The position numbers and the translations under genes are program-made. Below, in pieces: positions 37,387 through 46,341 of a DNA stretch of 51,112 nucleotides. The notes under the pieces were generated by a model. That model worked only from the letters and a program-made list of their open reading frames with translations. It had not been told where the DNA came from and made no database searches. This DNA comes from a virus (lineage: Duplodnaviria; Caudoviricetes). How positions within the stretch are numbered: the stretch's first letter is position 1; each line of letters starts with the position of its first letter. The stretch is taken from the IMG/VR virus record IMGVR_UViG_3300027798_000058, positions 1-51,112 of that record; one strand, written 5' to 3'.

Positions 37387-37983
37387 TTATGCTGCAGCCT
37401 TAGCCGCAGCCTCATCATTAGCCGCAGCAGCAGCCACAGTATTATTGACTGTAGCGAACGTCATAGCTTTGAGAGCCGCAGATACCTTAGCCGCTTGTGC
37501 GAGCGCGTCTGCAACAATTTCTTTCTTGTCAATCTTGCTGTCGATACGCTTGGCAAGGGCTGGCAACATTGCGAGAATCTGCTCGAGAGTGAGCACTTGC
37601 GTAACAGATTCAGGCTCATCTAATTCATAGAATGGTGTCTCGTTAGCTTCCGCAAGCATCCAAAATGCTAGCTTAGCGTCAACGTCTTTTTCATTCTTAT
37701 ATTCTGGTGCATACTCGCACTTGTCATTCTTGGTGACTAGACGAATAGGCGTATATGCCTTGAACCAATTTTCTAGCTGAGTCTGCCATGATTTAGGCAT
37801 CTGCTTAGCTAGTTTGAGAGCACGAGTGCAATCGCCAGTGCCTGAACAATCGTCGGACACCTGCTTTGGTGCAGCATGATAGAAAATCATCATGCCAATT
37901 TCGTGGCCCAATTGCTGTAACTTGGCGCGATTGGTCGAGAAAGTAGCGATTTTGTCGTCGATTTTCTTTAAGGTAGTAGCCAT
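37387..37983 (-). CDS. early hypothetical protein
   Basis: 198-aa Ala/Lys-rich ORF with a GGGA RBS. Confidence 0.75.
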   Translation of the reverse strand: MATTLKKIDDKIATFSTNRAKLQQLGHEIGMMIFYHAAPKQVSDDCSGTGDCTRALKLAKQMPKSWQTQLENWFKAYTPIRLVTKNDKCEYAPEYKNEKDVDAKLAFWMLAEANETPFYELDEPESVTQVLTLEQILAMLPALAKRIDSKIDKKEIVADALAQAAKVSAALKAMTFATVNNTVAAAAANDEAAAKAAA

Positions 37984-38022
37984 AATAACTTTATCCCATA
38001 CATTAGAAAGCCCTAGCGGTTT

Positions 38023-38350
38023 TGCTAGGTTTAACGCTAGGAGTAAGGATTGATTAACGATAAACTAACGTAAGTTGATAATGACGGACATTGAGTGTTT
38101 TGCCATTGATTAAATCAAGTAATATGTGAGCACGAGTAGATTCAGGAAATTCGCGCGATATTAGCGAAATCCCTTTAACATCAACTCTCTTGATAATTTC
38201 ACCATCAGGCGACTTGAACGAGAAATAAGCCGTTTTTTGCTTAACGACTTGTTTTGTGGACATATTAGGGTTCAGACGTTGATACGATGACCTAGTAGAT
38301 ACCATACAGGGGTGACCTTTTCGGATGAACCCCTAGCGTTAAACCTAGCA
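38023..38350. repeat. 19-bp perfect inverted repeat flanking ORF 38054-38305
   Basis: TGCTAGGTTTAACGCTAGG (38023-41) and CCTAGCGTTAAACCTAGCA (38332-50). Confidence 0.9.
38054..38305 (-). CDS. early hypothetical protein
   Basis: 83-aa ORF filling the space between the inverted repeats. Confidence 0.55.
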   Translation of the reverse strand: MVSTRSSYQRLNPNMSTKQVVKQKTAYFSFKSPDGEIIKRVDVKGISLISREFPESTRAHILLDLINGKTLNVRHYQLTLVYR

Positions 38351-38760
38351 CCAAAGCCGAAGCATTGGCGCTAGGTGGGTGACTGCTGCGTCAATTCGCT
38401 AAGCTTAGATAAACCTGCCACCCGTTTCCGTTCATGCCCGACACTGTTGCAGTGTTGCACGAACCTACCCCGTCTTTACCCTAGTCAAAGCCTAATCACG
38501 GCTCACCCGTCCCTGCCAAGGGATGCATCGGTGCTAGGGCCAGCATTGTCTATGTCGCACGATTAGACGCACGTTATCAGAGGACAAACCACTGGCGGTC
38601 GATTAAAGGCATATTGCTGCACATAGGCGTTACCCTATGTCGTATCGCTACCTATGACACCTTACTATGCGGACATAGCTTGGCCTAGGACGAAAAGCGC
38701 CTAATTCAAATTTTGTGTGGCGGATTTCCGCTACCCCCTGGTTATGGGCTTGTCGAAACT
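38344..38760 (-). ncRNA. candidate ~400-nt structured RNA / early leader
   Basis: Many stems; G.U pairs and UUCG, UCCG and GAAA loops all fall on the minus strand; no convincing ORF. Confidence 0.5.
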
Positions 38761-38821
38761 GAAAGTAAATGTCGTTTTTTAACCTATTTCAGCATTAATA
38801 TGTCGCAATACCGATGGATTT

Positions 38822-39031
38822 TGTAACATTATTGCGCGATATTGATAGAATGTTGTGTTAAGAACGATTCGCAACATATTATTACAAGTGACCACGGAAG
38901 CGGCGCAACATTATTACGCATGACCACGCGGGCCACGCAACATTATTACGTTGGGGTTATTATACGACATTATATTGCGTATGAACTGGGCTTACTGTTA
39001 CTTTATTACGCATCGTTGTAATTTTATTGCG
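38822..39031. repeat. array of 15-bp quasi-palindromes (YGYWA-N5-TTRCG)
   Basis: Copies at 38822, 38904, 38936, 38996 and 39017; variants at 38870 and 38965. The 38904 and 38936 copies are identical (CGCAACATTATTACG). Confidence 0.8.
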
Positions 39032-39044
39032 GCAGACTGGTCAT

Positions 39045-39078
39045 GTTCCCGTTCCGTTCTCATGTTCTCGGTATGTTC
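39045..39078. promoter_or_regulatory. two tandem alphaproteobacterial-type LexA (SOS) boxes
   Basis: GTTC-CCGTTCC-GTTC (39045-59) and GTTC-TCGGTAT-GTTC (39064-78), both GTTC-N7-GTTC and each preceded by CAT. Confidence 0.65.
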
Positions 39079-39380
39079 CGTCAAAATCGATGGGGGGGGG
39101 ATGAACCCGCGCGCGTACCTGGGCGTAGAGGGGGGTACCTTAGTCACGAAATAAAAAATTTCATAAAAAAATATCCATTTTAAGCTATATCAACAGCAGT
39201 TTAGCTACTAGGGTAGCCAAGGTATACCACATGTGACTGTAGACCCTGTTTCCGGGGCGTAGACGGGGTATTGTTGACATTAGGAAAGGGCTCCCGAAGG
39301 TCGCCCCCACCCAGATGAGACCTTCTCTGTACGAAATCTACAACTATTTGTACGTTTTCACTGCCAAGTGAAATTTTGTC

Positions 39381-39409
39381 TTGACATTTGCCTGAAAATA
39401 TGGTATAAT
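39381..39409 (+). promoter_or_regulatory. sigma70 consensus promoter for the packaging/virion operon
   Basis: TTGACA-TTTGCCTGAAAATATGG-TATAAT, 26 bp upstream of terS. Confidence 0.88.
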
Positions 39410-39435
39410 ACTGTATAAGCTGGGAAAGGATAGCC

Positions 39436-39978
39436 ATGGGTGAACTAAGAAAAACAAAAATGGACCGGGCTTTAGAGTCTGAAGACATTACTCTTATCGC
39501 AGACGCTCTATCTTTCAAGCAACGTAACTTCTGCCACGCTTTCATCAAGCATTTTAATGGCGCAAAGGCGATTCTCGAGGCAGGATACGACACTCCAGCT
39601 GAGAACGCATCCCGAATGGGACATCAAGTTCTTAACGCAGCGGGTGTTCGACCCTATATTGACCATCTTTTAGCAGAGCGTTCGAAAGAAACTCACATCG
39701 ACATCGACTACGTTCTACGAGGGATCCTTCGTACAATAGGTAAGTCAGAAGACGGTGACAAAGCCAACCTAACCACTGCCCTCCGTGGCTACGAACTCCT
39801 GGCCAAGCATCTTGGAATGTTCATCGACAAACAGGAAGTAAAAATTGACGGCAACATTGAATATGAACAACGAGTCCGAGAAGACAATGCAGCTCTCGAA
39901 AGCGCAATTGCTCGCCTCTCTAAACGAGGAGGAACGTCAGGAGTGGCTAGCCTCGCTAACCGAGAAGCAGAGGGCTGA
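39436..39978 (+). CDS. terS: terminase small subunit
   Basis: LS.KQ..FC......N...A...AGY HTH and ELLAKHLGMF motifs; AAGGA RBS. Confidence 0.88.
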   Translation: MGELRKTKMDRALESEDITLIADALSFKQRNFCHAFIKHFNGAKAILEAGYDTPAENASRMGHQVLNAAGVRPYIDHLLAERSKETHIDIDYVLRGILRTIGKSEDGDKANLTTALRGYELLAKHLGMFIDKQEVKIDGNIEYEQRVREDNAALESAIARLSKRGGTSGVASLANREAEG

Positions 39979-41332
39979 CCTACGTTGGAACTGGGACTTC
40001 TGGGCACGCCCCAATCAGGTTGAGCCAGAGGGGTCCTGGAACACTTGGATGATTCTTGCTGGCCGCGGATTTGGTAAGACAAGGATTGGCAGTGAGTGGA
40101 TTAGAAAAAACACCTGCGGTGACACACCTCTTAGTAGGTCTGCATCAGGATGGGGACGAATTGCTCTTGTTGCTGAAACAGCAGCCGACGCAAGAGATGT
40201 TATGGTTGAAGGTGAGTCTGGAATACTTGCTTGTCACCCAAAGGATTATCGACCCGTATACGAAAAAACCAATCGAAAGCTTACCTGGCCAAATGGTGCA
40301 GTAGCTTTCTTGTACAATGCTACAGAGCCTGACCAGTTACGTGGACCACAGCATCATGCTGGATGGGTTGACGAGCTAGCCAAGTTCCGGTACATGCAGG
40401 AGTGTTGGGACCAGCTGCAGTTTGGTCTGCGTCTAGGCGATCACCCCCGGGTTCTAGTAACTACAACTCCTCGTCCTCTGCCTCTTGTTAAAAAGTTGAT
40501 GGTTGATGAAGATACGTTCGTTACCAGAGGGTCCACTATGGACAATGCCAGTAACCTGGCCGCAAATACCCTCAAACAACTGTATGACAGATACGGTTCC
40601 ACACGCCTGGGTCGCCAGGAACTTGAAGGAGAGGTTCTTGGAGATATTCCAGGAGCACTGTGGAATCGAGACGCTATCGACAATGGACGAGTAAAGGAAG
40701 CTCCTCTTGATTTAGAGCGGGTGTATGTAGCGGTTGACCCTGCTGCGTCGTCAGAAGAGAACAGCGATGAAAACGGCATTGTAGTCGTAGGCTTAGCTCG
40801 AGACAAAGACGGCTACGCTCGAGGATACGTTCTGGAAGATGGAACTCTAAGGGGTTCCCCAGAAGAATGGGCTTCGCAAGCTGTACGTCTGTACCGTAAG
40901 TGGCAGGCTGATAAGATTATTGCAGAAAAGAATAACGGCGGTGACATGGTGGCTTCGGTTATCCGTGCCCAAGACCGCTCTGTCCCCATTAAACTGGTTC
41001 ACGCTTCGCGCGGCAAGGTTGTCCGGGCAGAACCTATCTCTGCTCTGTACGAACAAGGCCGGATACACCACGTTGGTATGTTCGAAAAGCTGGAAGACCA
41101 AATGTGTCTGTTCTCAGTGGACAACGTACGTAACTCTTCTACGGGTTCACCTGACAGAGTCGATGCTTTGGTCTGGGGACTTACCGAACTGTTCGACAAA
41201 ATTACTGCACGGAGGAGAGTCTCGGCTGTACAAGGTGCCGCTGGCACTACTGCTACTAGCAGCCCCTACTATGACGCTTCGACCGGTTACGACCACCGGC
41301 TCTTTGCTTCTCCTAACGGATGGATGGCCTAA
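39887..41332 (+). CDS. terL: terminase large subunit
   Basis: AGRGFGKT (Walker A), LRGPQ..WVDE, TTTP, AVDPA and SPDRVDA motifs. ATG at 39887 preferred; overlaps terS. Confidence 0.95.
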   Translation: MQLSKAQLLASLNEEERQEWLASLTEKQRADLRWNWDFWARPNQVEPEGSWNTWMILAGRGFGKTRIGSEWIRKNTCGDTPLSRSASGWGRIALVAETAADARDVMVEGESGILACHPKDYRPVYEKTNRKLTWPNGAVAFLYNATEPDQLRGPQHHAGWVDELAKFRYMQECWDQLQFGLRLGDHPRVLVTTTPRPLPLVKKLMVDEDTFVTRGSTMDNASNLAANTLKQLYDRYGSTRLGRQELEGEVLGDIPGALWNRDAIDNGRVKEAPLDLERVYVAVDPAASSEENSDENGIVVVGLARDKDGYARGYVLEDGTLRGSPEEWASQAVRLYRKWQADKIIAEKNNGGDMVASVIRAQDRSVPIKLVHASRGKVVRAEPISALYEQGRIHHVGMFEKLEDQMCLFSVDNVRNSSTGSPDRVDALVWGLTELFDKITARRRVSAVQGAAGTTATSSPYYDASTGYDHRLFASPNGWMA

Positions 41333-41337
41333 TAACT

Positions 41338-43437
41338 ATGGATAAGACCAAACCCCACGAAAAGAAAGACGGTGATACCCTAGAGGTAATTGTCGTTGAA
41401 GGTATCACACCAGACAAGTATGTCCCCGAGGGTTTCGAATCCAAAGAAGCTTTCCTTAACGACATGCGAGCCGAGTACCAAGCAGACGTAGACTTTGACC
41501 GCATCAACCGAGATGCAGCTCTTGACGATAAGAAGTTTGCAGCTGGTGAACAGTGGGACCCAATTGTTCTTGAACAGCGCAAGGGTTTGCCCTGCCTAGT
41601 TATCAACAACATCCCGCAGTTTACTGCACAGTTGGTTGGTGACTGGCGCGAATCTCGCAAAGCAATCAAAGTTGTTCCATCTAACGACGAAGACGTAGAC
41701 GTTGCGCAAGTTCGTGGCGACTTAATTCGGTCAATCGAACTACAAAGCCGAGCACAGCGTGTATACGACACAGCGTTTGAAAGCCTTGTGCAGTGTGGCG
41801 ACGGAGCCTTCCGTGTCTCTGTTGAATACGCACGAGATAACGTCTTTGACCAGGATATCTTTATCCGCCCAATCGAAGATGCGCTTGCTGCTGTGTGGGA
41901 TCGCTACTCAGTAGACCCTACAGGACGTGACGCTCGTCGTTGCTATGTCAATGACCGGATTCCTAAGTCAGAGTTCGACAAGAAGTGGCCAGGCAAATCG
42001 CCTAGCGCTTTGGACGGCGATGACACAATGACTAGGATGTCAGTCGAAGGTTGGGTAGACGACGACTCTTATCAGATTACAGAATACTGGCGGCTAGTAG
42101 AACGGCAGCGACTCCTAGCACTTTTTGAGAACGGTAAAACGTTCATGCTCGAAGACGAGACCATGGATAAGCTGATTATGGAGAACGGTCCTCCGATCCG
42201 CACACGGGCAGCGTGGTGCACATACGCACAGATGCACCTAGTGACTGGGTTCGAGATCCTTTCAGGCCCCTTTGAGTACAAACTAAACCGCTTACCTATT
42301 GTACGGATGTCAGGTCGAGTCACTAACGTAGGTGGACGGCGTGTTCGTTACGGGCTGGTGCGCTTTATGAAAGACTCAGTCCGCCTCAAGAACTTCTGGC
42401 GTTCAGTTGCTGCAGAGCAGTTGGGTTACGCACCGAAGGCTAAGTGGATTGCGCCAGAGTCGGCTGTTGAAGGCCGGGAAGACACGTTCCGCAAGGCTCA
42501 CCTCTCCCGCGACCCTTTGCTTATCTACAACGATGGGGCAGAAGCGGCTCCACAACTTATACCTCCGCCTCCTGTTGAGGCAAGCCTGCTTAACGAAGCA
42601 GCTACAAACGCCCAAGACATTAAAGATGTCACAGGTATTCAGGACGCCTCGCTCGGCATACGTAGCAACGAGACTTCTGGTCGAGCCATCATGGCACGGC
42701 AGCGTGAAGGCGACATTGCTAACCTAACTTTCCACGACAACGGCAATCACGCTGTTCTGGAATGTGGCGACATTATCAACCAGCTCATCCCCCAAATCTA
42801 CGACGGTACTCGTACCATTCGTTTGCTGGGAGAAGACATGGCTGAGAAGTTTGCTCGTATTAACGACCCAATGGATCCTGAAGCCGTTGACCTGTCAGTA
42901 GGCGAATACGATGTTGCGCTGTCAACAGGCTCAAGCTATACAACTAAGCGAGTTGAAGCAGCTCAGGCAATGATGGACGCTATTCAAGTATGGCCACAGT
43001 TAATGACTGTTGCTGGTGACTTGGTAGCTAAAGCCCAGGATTGGCCGGGAGCTGACAAGCTTGCTGAACGTCTTAAGAAAACCATACCTCCGCATTTCCT
43101 CGAAGAAGAGGGCGAAGGCGGTATGTCTCCAGAACATATGCAGCAGATGCAACAGATGCAGCAGCAGATGGAGCAACTGTCTATGGAGAATCAAACTCTT
43201 AAGATGGAAAAATATAACAAAGAAGTTGAGCACGAGATTGCTTTGTACAATGCTGAGACGCAGCGTATACGGGCTCTGTCAGACCACGAGGTCGATGCTC
43301 AGCAACAGTCGCTTACAGCGATTAAACAAATTCTTGACGGATCTGATAAAGTAGATCAACAAGAGATGAAGCGAGAAGCGATGGAGTACGAACGGGCACA
43401 AGCCCAGCAGGCTCAACAAGCTTCAATGCCTCTATAA
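41338..43437 (+). CDS. P22-like portal protein, phage A
   Basis: F..GEQW, P.L.IN, G.G.FRV, APKA and DWPGA motifs; follows terL. Confidence 0.92.
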   Translation: MDKTKPHEKKDGDTLEVIVVEGITPDKYVPEGFESKEAFLNDMRAEYQADVDFDRINRDAALDDKKFAAGEQWDPIVLEQRKGLPCLVINNIPQFTAQLVGDWRESRKAIKVVPSNDEDVDVAQVRGDLIRSIELQSRAQRVYDTAFESLVQCGDGAFRVSVEYARDNVFDQDIFIRPIEDALAAVWDRYSVDPTGRDARRCYVNDRIPKSEFDKKWPGKSPSALDGDDTMTRMSVEGWVDDDSYQITEYWRLVERQRLLALFENGKTFMLEDETMDKLIMENGPPIRTRAAWCTYAQMHLVTGFEILSGPFEYKLNRLPIVRMSGRVTNVGGRRVRYGLVRFMKDSVRLKNFWRSVAAEQLGYAPKAKWIAPESAVEGREDTFRKAHLSRDPLLIYNDGAEAAPQLIPPPPVEASLLNEAATNAQDIKDVTGIQDASLGIRSNETSGRAIMARQREGDIANLTFHDNGNHAVLECGDIINQLIPQIYDGTRTIRLLGEDMAEKFARINDPMDPEAVDLSVGEYDVALSTGSSYTTKRVEAAQAMMDAIQVWPQLMTVAGDLVAKAQDWPGADKLAERLKKTIPPHFLEEEGEGGMSPEHMQQMQQMQQQMEQLSMENQTLKMEKYNKEVEHEIALYNAETQRIRALSDHEVDAQQQSLTAIKQILDGSDKVDQQEMKREAMEYERAQAQQAQQASMPL

Positions 43438-43442
43438 GTTTT

Positions 43443-43519
43443 CGATGCCTCGGGCCCAAACGCACAAACGGTCCGGGGATTACATCGCAATAAAGTTTGT
43501 GCAAACGGTTAAAGGACCG
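43443..43519 (+). promoter_or_regulatory. structured (pseudoknot-like) scaffold mRNA leader
   Basis: Stem 43448-56/43470-78; its loop GCACAAAC is complementary to 43495-502; a small hairpin covers AAAGGA. Confidence 0.5.
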
Positions 43520-43532
43520 ATAAACCTTATTT

Positions 43533-44537
43533 ATGAGTACTGATGACACAGACACCCCCGTCGAATCTAACGACGTAGACTTGGACACATTTGCCACTGA
43601 GTTCTTTGGCCAGAACGAAGTAGCCGAGGAGCAGGCCAGCTCGGATGTAGAAGAAGATACAGAAGAAGATGTCGACGCTCAAGAAGACCAAGATACTCAT
43701 GCTGACGAGGATGACGATACCCTCGCACCTGATGAAGATGAAACTGAAGAAGCCGATGGAAATGAAACACCTAAGCCTAAGAAGAATCGTTTTCAGGAAC
43801 GTATCGATGAAGTAGTAGGTAAGCAACGGGAAACAGAGCGCAAGCTTGAAGAAGCCCTAGCTAAACTACAGAACCTTCAACAAGAACCTAAGCCAGAGCC
43901 AGAGCCACTTAAGGCTGTAGCTATTACCACCACTGGTCCAAGTCCTGATGCAACTAACGAAGACGGTACTGAGAAGTATCCTCTCGGTGAGTTTGACCCC
44001 AACTATATTAAAGACCTTACGTTGTACACTCTCCGCGAGGAGCGTGAGAACGAGAAGCGTCTTTCAATACAAGAGGAACAGGACAAAGCAGACGCTCAGG
44101 CCAAGCTTGAGATTGCTGCGGACTGGCAAGAAAAACTTGGTCCCGCCAAGGAGCGTTACCCTGATTTCGAAAAGAAGGGCGAACAACTGTTCGGCACCTT
44201 TGATTCAATCGACCAAAAGTATGGCGAGTATTTAGCAGCAACTTTGATGTCCTTGGAGTATGGGCCCGACGTCTTGTACTACCTCTCCAACAACCTAGAC
44301 GAAGCAGACAAGATTGTCAAGAGCGGGCCTACAAAGGCTACGGTTGCTCTTGGCCGTATCGAAGCTAAGTTTGCGGATGTTGCAGCGGAAAAACAACTGT
44401 CCAAACCTCGAGTATCTAAAGCCCCCGCACCACCAGGCCACCTGAATAAGGGAACCTCTACTGCAAGGGCAGCGATTAAGGGTGATGAGGACGACCTCGA
44501 CGCCTTTGCCAGAGAACTTTTTAAAAAGAAAAGGTAA
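43533..44537 (+). CDS. scaffolding protein
   Basis: Acidic N-terminus, RFQERID coiled coil, GP.VLYYL..N..EA.KI and S.AP.P motifs; between portal and coat. Confidence 0.85.
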   Translation: MSTDDTDTPVESNDVDLDTFATEFFGQNEVAEEQASSDVEEDTEEDVDAQEDQDTHADEDDDTLAPDEDETEEADGNETPKPKKNRFQERIDEVVGKQRETERKLEEALAKLQNLQQEPKPEPEPLKAVAITTTGPSPDATNEDGTEKYPLGEFDPNYIKDLTLYTLREERENEKRLSIQEEQDKADAQAKLEIAADWQEKLGPAKERYPDFEKKGEQLFGTFDSIDQKYGEYLAATLMSLEYGPDVLYYLSNNLDEADKIVKSGPTKATVALGRIEAKFADVAAEKQLSKPRVSKAPAPPGHLNKGTSTARAAIKGDEDDLDAFARELFKKKR

Positions 44538-44572
44538 GGGCGTTATCTCATAATAAAGGATAACTACCTACA

Positions 44573-45859
44573 ATGCCTACTGTAACTGTAGATCAAGCAA
44601 AACTAGTCCTTAACTCGTTTGCCGCAATCTTCCAAAACAACCTTATGTCGAAGGACCTCGTCACATGGCGCAAGTTCGACGGCGAAATGAATGACCGCAA
44701 TGGCTTGACTGTTGTTGAGCAGGTCACTCCTGACTACACTACCACGTTCACTAGTGCGGCTGTTGCCGACCTTTCTTCGGGTACTCAAGATTCCATCTTT
44801 GGTTCTGAGCAGTACAAGTTGCAACAGGTCATCGGCAGTTCGATGGGCTGGTCGGACTTCGTTAAGATTCGTGACATCGGCGCAGCTCGTGAAAGTGAAG
44901 CCCTTAAAAAGGCTGCTCTCCGTCTTGCAACGGACATCGACTCGTACATCATGGGCTTCGTAGCTAAAGCTTCGAACAACTGGGTCGGAAACGCCAACGG
45001 TACGGCTAACGTCGCAACGTTCGCTGACATCGCAACAGCTGTTACCCGTCTGAAGAAAGAAGGCTGCGAGGACGATATCCGCGCTGTTCTTTCCTATGAT
45101 GACTGGCAGGCACTTGGCTCTAACGTCGTAACGAACAACGCATCGCTTACCGATATCGGCGGTGGCACGTATCGTCAGGGCTTTAACGGCACTATTGCTG
45201 GTATTCAAACTGCATTCACTCAACAGCTCCAGCCTCTCACGACTGGTACTCGTTCGACTGCTGCTGCTTTGACCGCTGGTACTGCCGACTCGGCTACGAC
45301 CTACGCATCAGTTGCTATCTCGGGTGCGCCGGGCCAGTATCTGACTCAGTTGGTTAACCTTGGCTCGCTTGGCGCTAACGCAACCATCGCGGACGGCGAA
45401 GTATTCACCATTGCTGGTGTTTATGCTTACGACAACCGCGCTAAAAAGGCTCTGGAGCATCTGCAACAGTTCCGTGTTGTCGGCGCCTTCACAGCTTCGG
45501 CTGGTGGTGCTGTCGCTGCTCGTGTGTTCCCTGCGATTATTACGTCGGGCCCGCATCGTACAGTATCGGCTGCTGCTGGTAACACTGCTGTCGTTACGTT
45601 TGTTGGTCAACCAAGCACTGCAACACTGCCGCGCTTCTTGGCTAATAAGAGTGCAGTCATCTGCAACACCGCTGACCTTATCATGCCAGCAACTGGTACT
45701 GCAAGCCGCAAGGCCTTGACAGCTGTCCCGTTGTCTGTCCGCATGTGGCAGGACTCGGTCTTTGCAACTGGTGAGCACCGTATCCGCTTTGATGTGGCTA
45801 TGGAATGCAACGTCGCGGCCGATGGTCGCCGTCGTTTGGTACGTCTCAACGGTTCGTAA
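44573..45859 (+). CDS. major capsid protein (P22 coat-like)
   Basis: Position after the scaffold; GEVFTIAGV....K.....LQQF.V insertion and RFDV C-terminal motif; strong codon bias. Confidence 0.9.
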   Translation: MPTVTVDQAKLVLNSFAAIFQNNLMSKDLVTWRKFDGEMNDRNGLTVVEQVTPDYTTTFTSAAVADLSSGTQDSIFGSEQYKLQQVIGSSMGWSDFVKIRDIGAARESEALKKAALRLATDIDSYIMGFVAKASNNWVGNANGTANVATFADIATAVTRLKKEGCEDDIRAVLSYDDWQALGSNVVTNNASLTDIGGGTYRQGFNGTIAGIQTAFTQQLQPLTTGTRSTAAALTAGTADSATTYASVAISGAPGQYLTQLVNLGSLGANATIADGEVFTIAGVYAYDNRAKKALEHLQQFRVVGAFTASAGGAVAARVFPAIITSGPHRTVSAAAGNTAVVTFVGQPSTATLPRFLANKSAVICNTADLIMPATGTASRKALTAVPLSVRMWQDSVFATGEHRIRFDVAMECNVAADGRRRLVRLNGS

Positions 45860-45869
45860 GAACTAAAGG

Positions 45870-45909
45870 AACTGGCCCCTCTGCCGAAAGGTACGGGCCA
45901 GTTTTTCTT
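45870..45909 (+). terminator. intrinsic terminator after the capsid gene
   Basis: AACTGGCCC...GGGCCAGTT followed by TTTCTT. Confidence 0.8.
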
Positions 45910-45935
45910 ATATAATAACTAGAGGTCTATAACAC

Positions 45936-46205
45936 ATGGATATTCAAGAACGCTATTCACCATACCCTGTTGCAGCTAACGCGACTGTTCAAGTGTCGGC
46001 CAACGCTGTTGGCGGTTTTCTTTGCACTACTGCGGGCACGTATACTCTTACTCGTAACGCTTCTGGAGGTAATCCAGCCCTGACTCTTCTTACTGCACAA
46101 CCTGTTTCTGCAGGAGTTTACTATCCCTTGCCCTTTTATCTTGGCACTCAAGGCGGCACATTTGTAGCAGCTGGCGGGGCCTCTGGCTTGCTCGGAGTAG
46201 CATAG
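45936..46205 (+). CDS. small virion-associated protein
   Basis: GAGG RBS; beta-rich 89-aa ORF. Confidence 0.65.
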   Translation: MDIQERYSPYPVAANATVQVSANAVGGFLCTTAGTYTLTRNASGGNPALTLLTAQPVSAGVYYPLPFYLGTQGGTFVAAGGASGLLGVA

Positions 46206-46206
46206 T

Positions 46207-46341
46207 ATGGCGTTAGCCTCTAAGTTTTTTAGCTGGTGGCTTCTTTTAGAAGGTGGCGGCGGCGGAGGCGGATGGATATTAGCTACTGGTAGCTGGGACG
46301 ATGCTGCTTCTTGGGATGACCTTAGTACTTGGATTGATTAA
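46207..46341 (+). CDS. 44-aa Trp/Gly-rich protein (not in ORF track)
   Basis: MALASKFFSWWLLLEGGGGGGGWILATGSWDDAASWDDLSTWID*; TAATG overlap with the next gene. Confidence 0.6.
   Translation: MALASKFFSWWLLLEGGGGGGGWILATGSWDDAASWDDLSTWID

Noticed and set aside
38822-39031. CRISPR mini-array, or dif/DnaA/CtrA sites
   Set aside because: Units are only 15 bp with short irregular spacers and match none of those consensus sequences. The Cas4-like nuclease is a common standalone phage gene.
39274-39305. Additional TTGACA promoter
   Set aside because: No -10 element at a suitable spacing.
39887-39978. terS/terL overlap read as a programmed frameshift fusion
   Set aside because: Such overlaps are common, terL has its own plausible ATG, and no slippery heptamer was seen.
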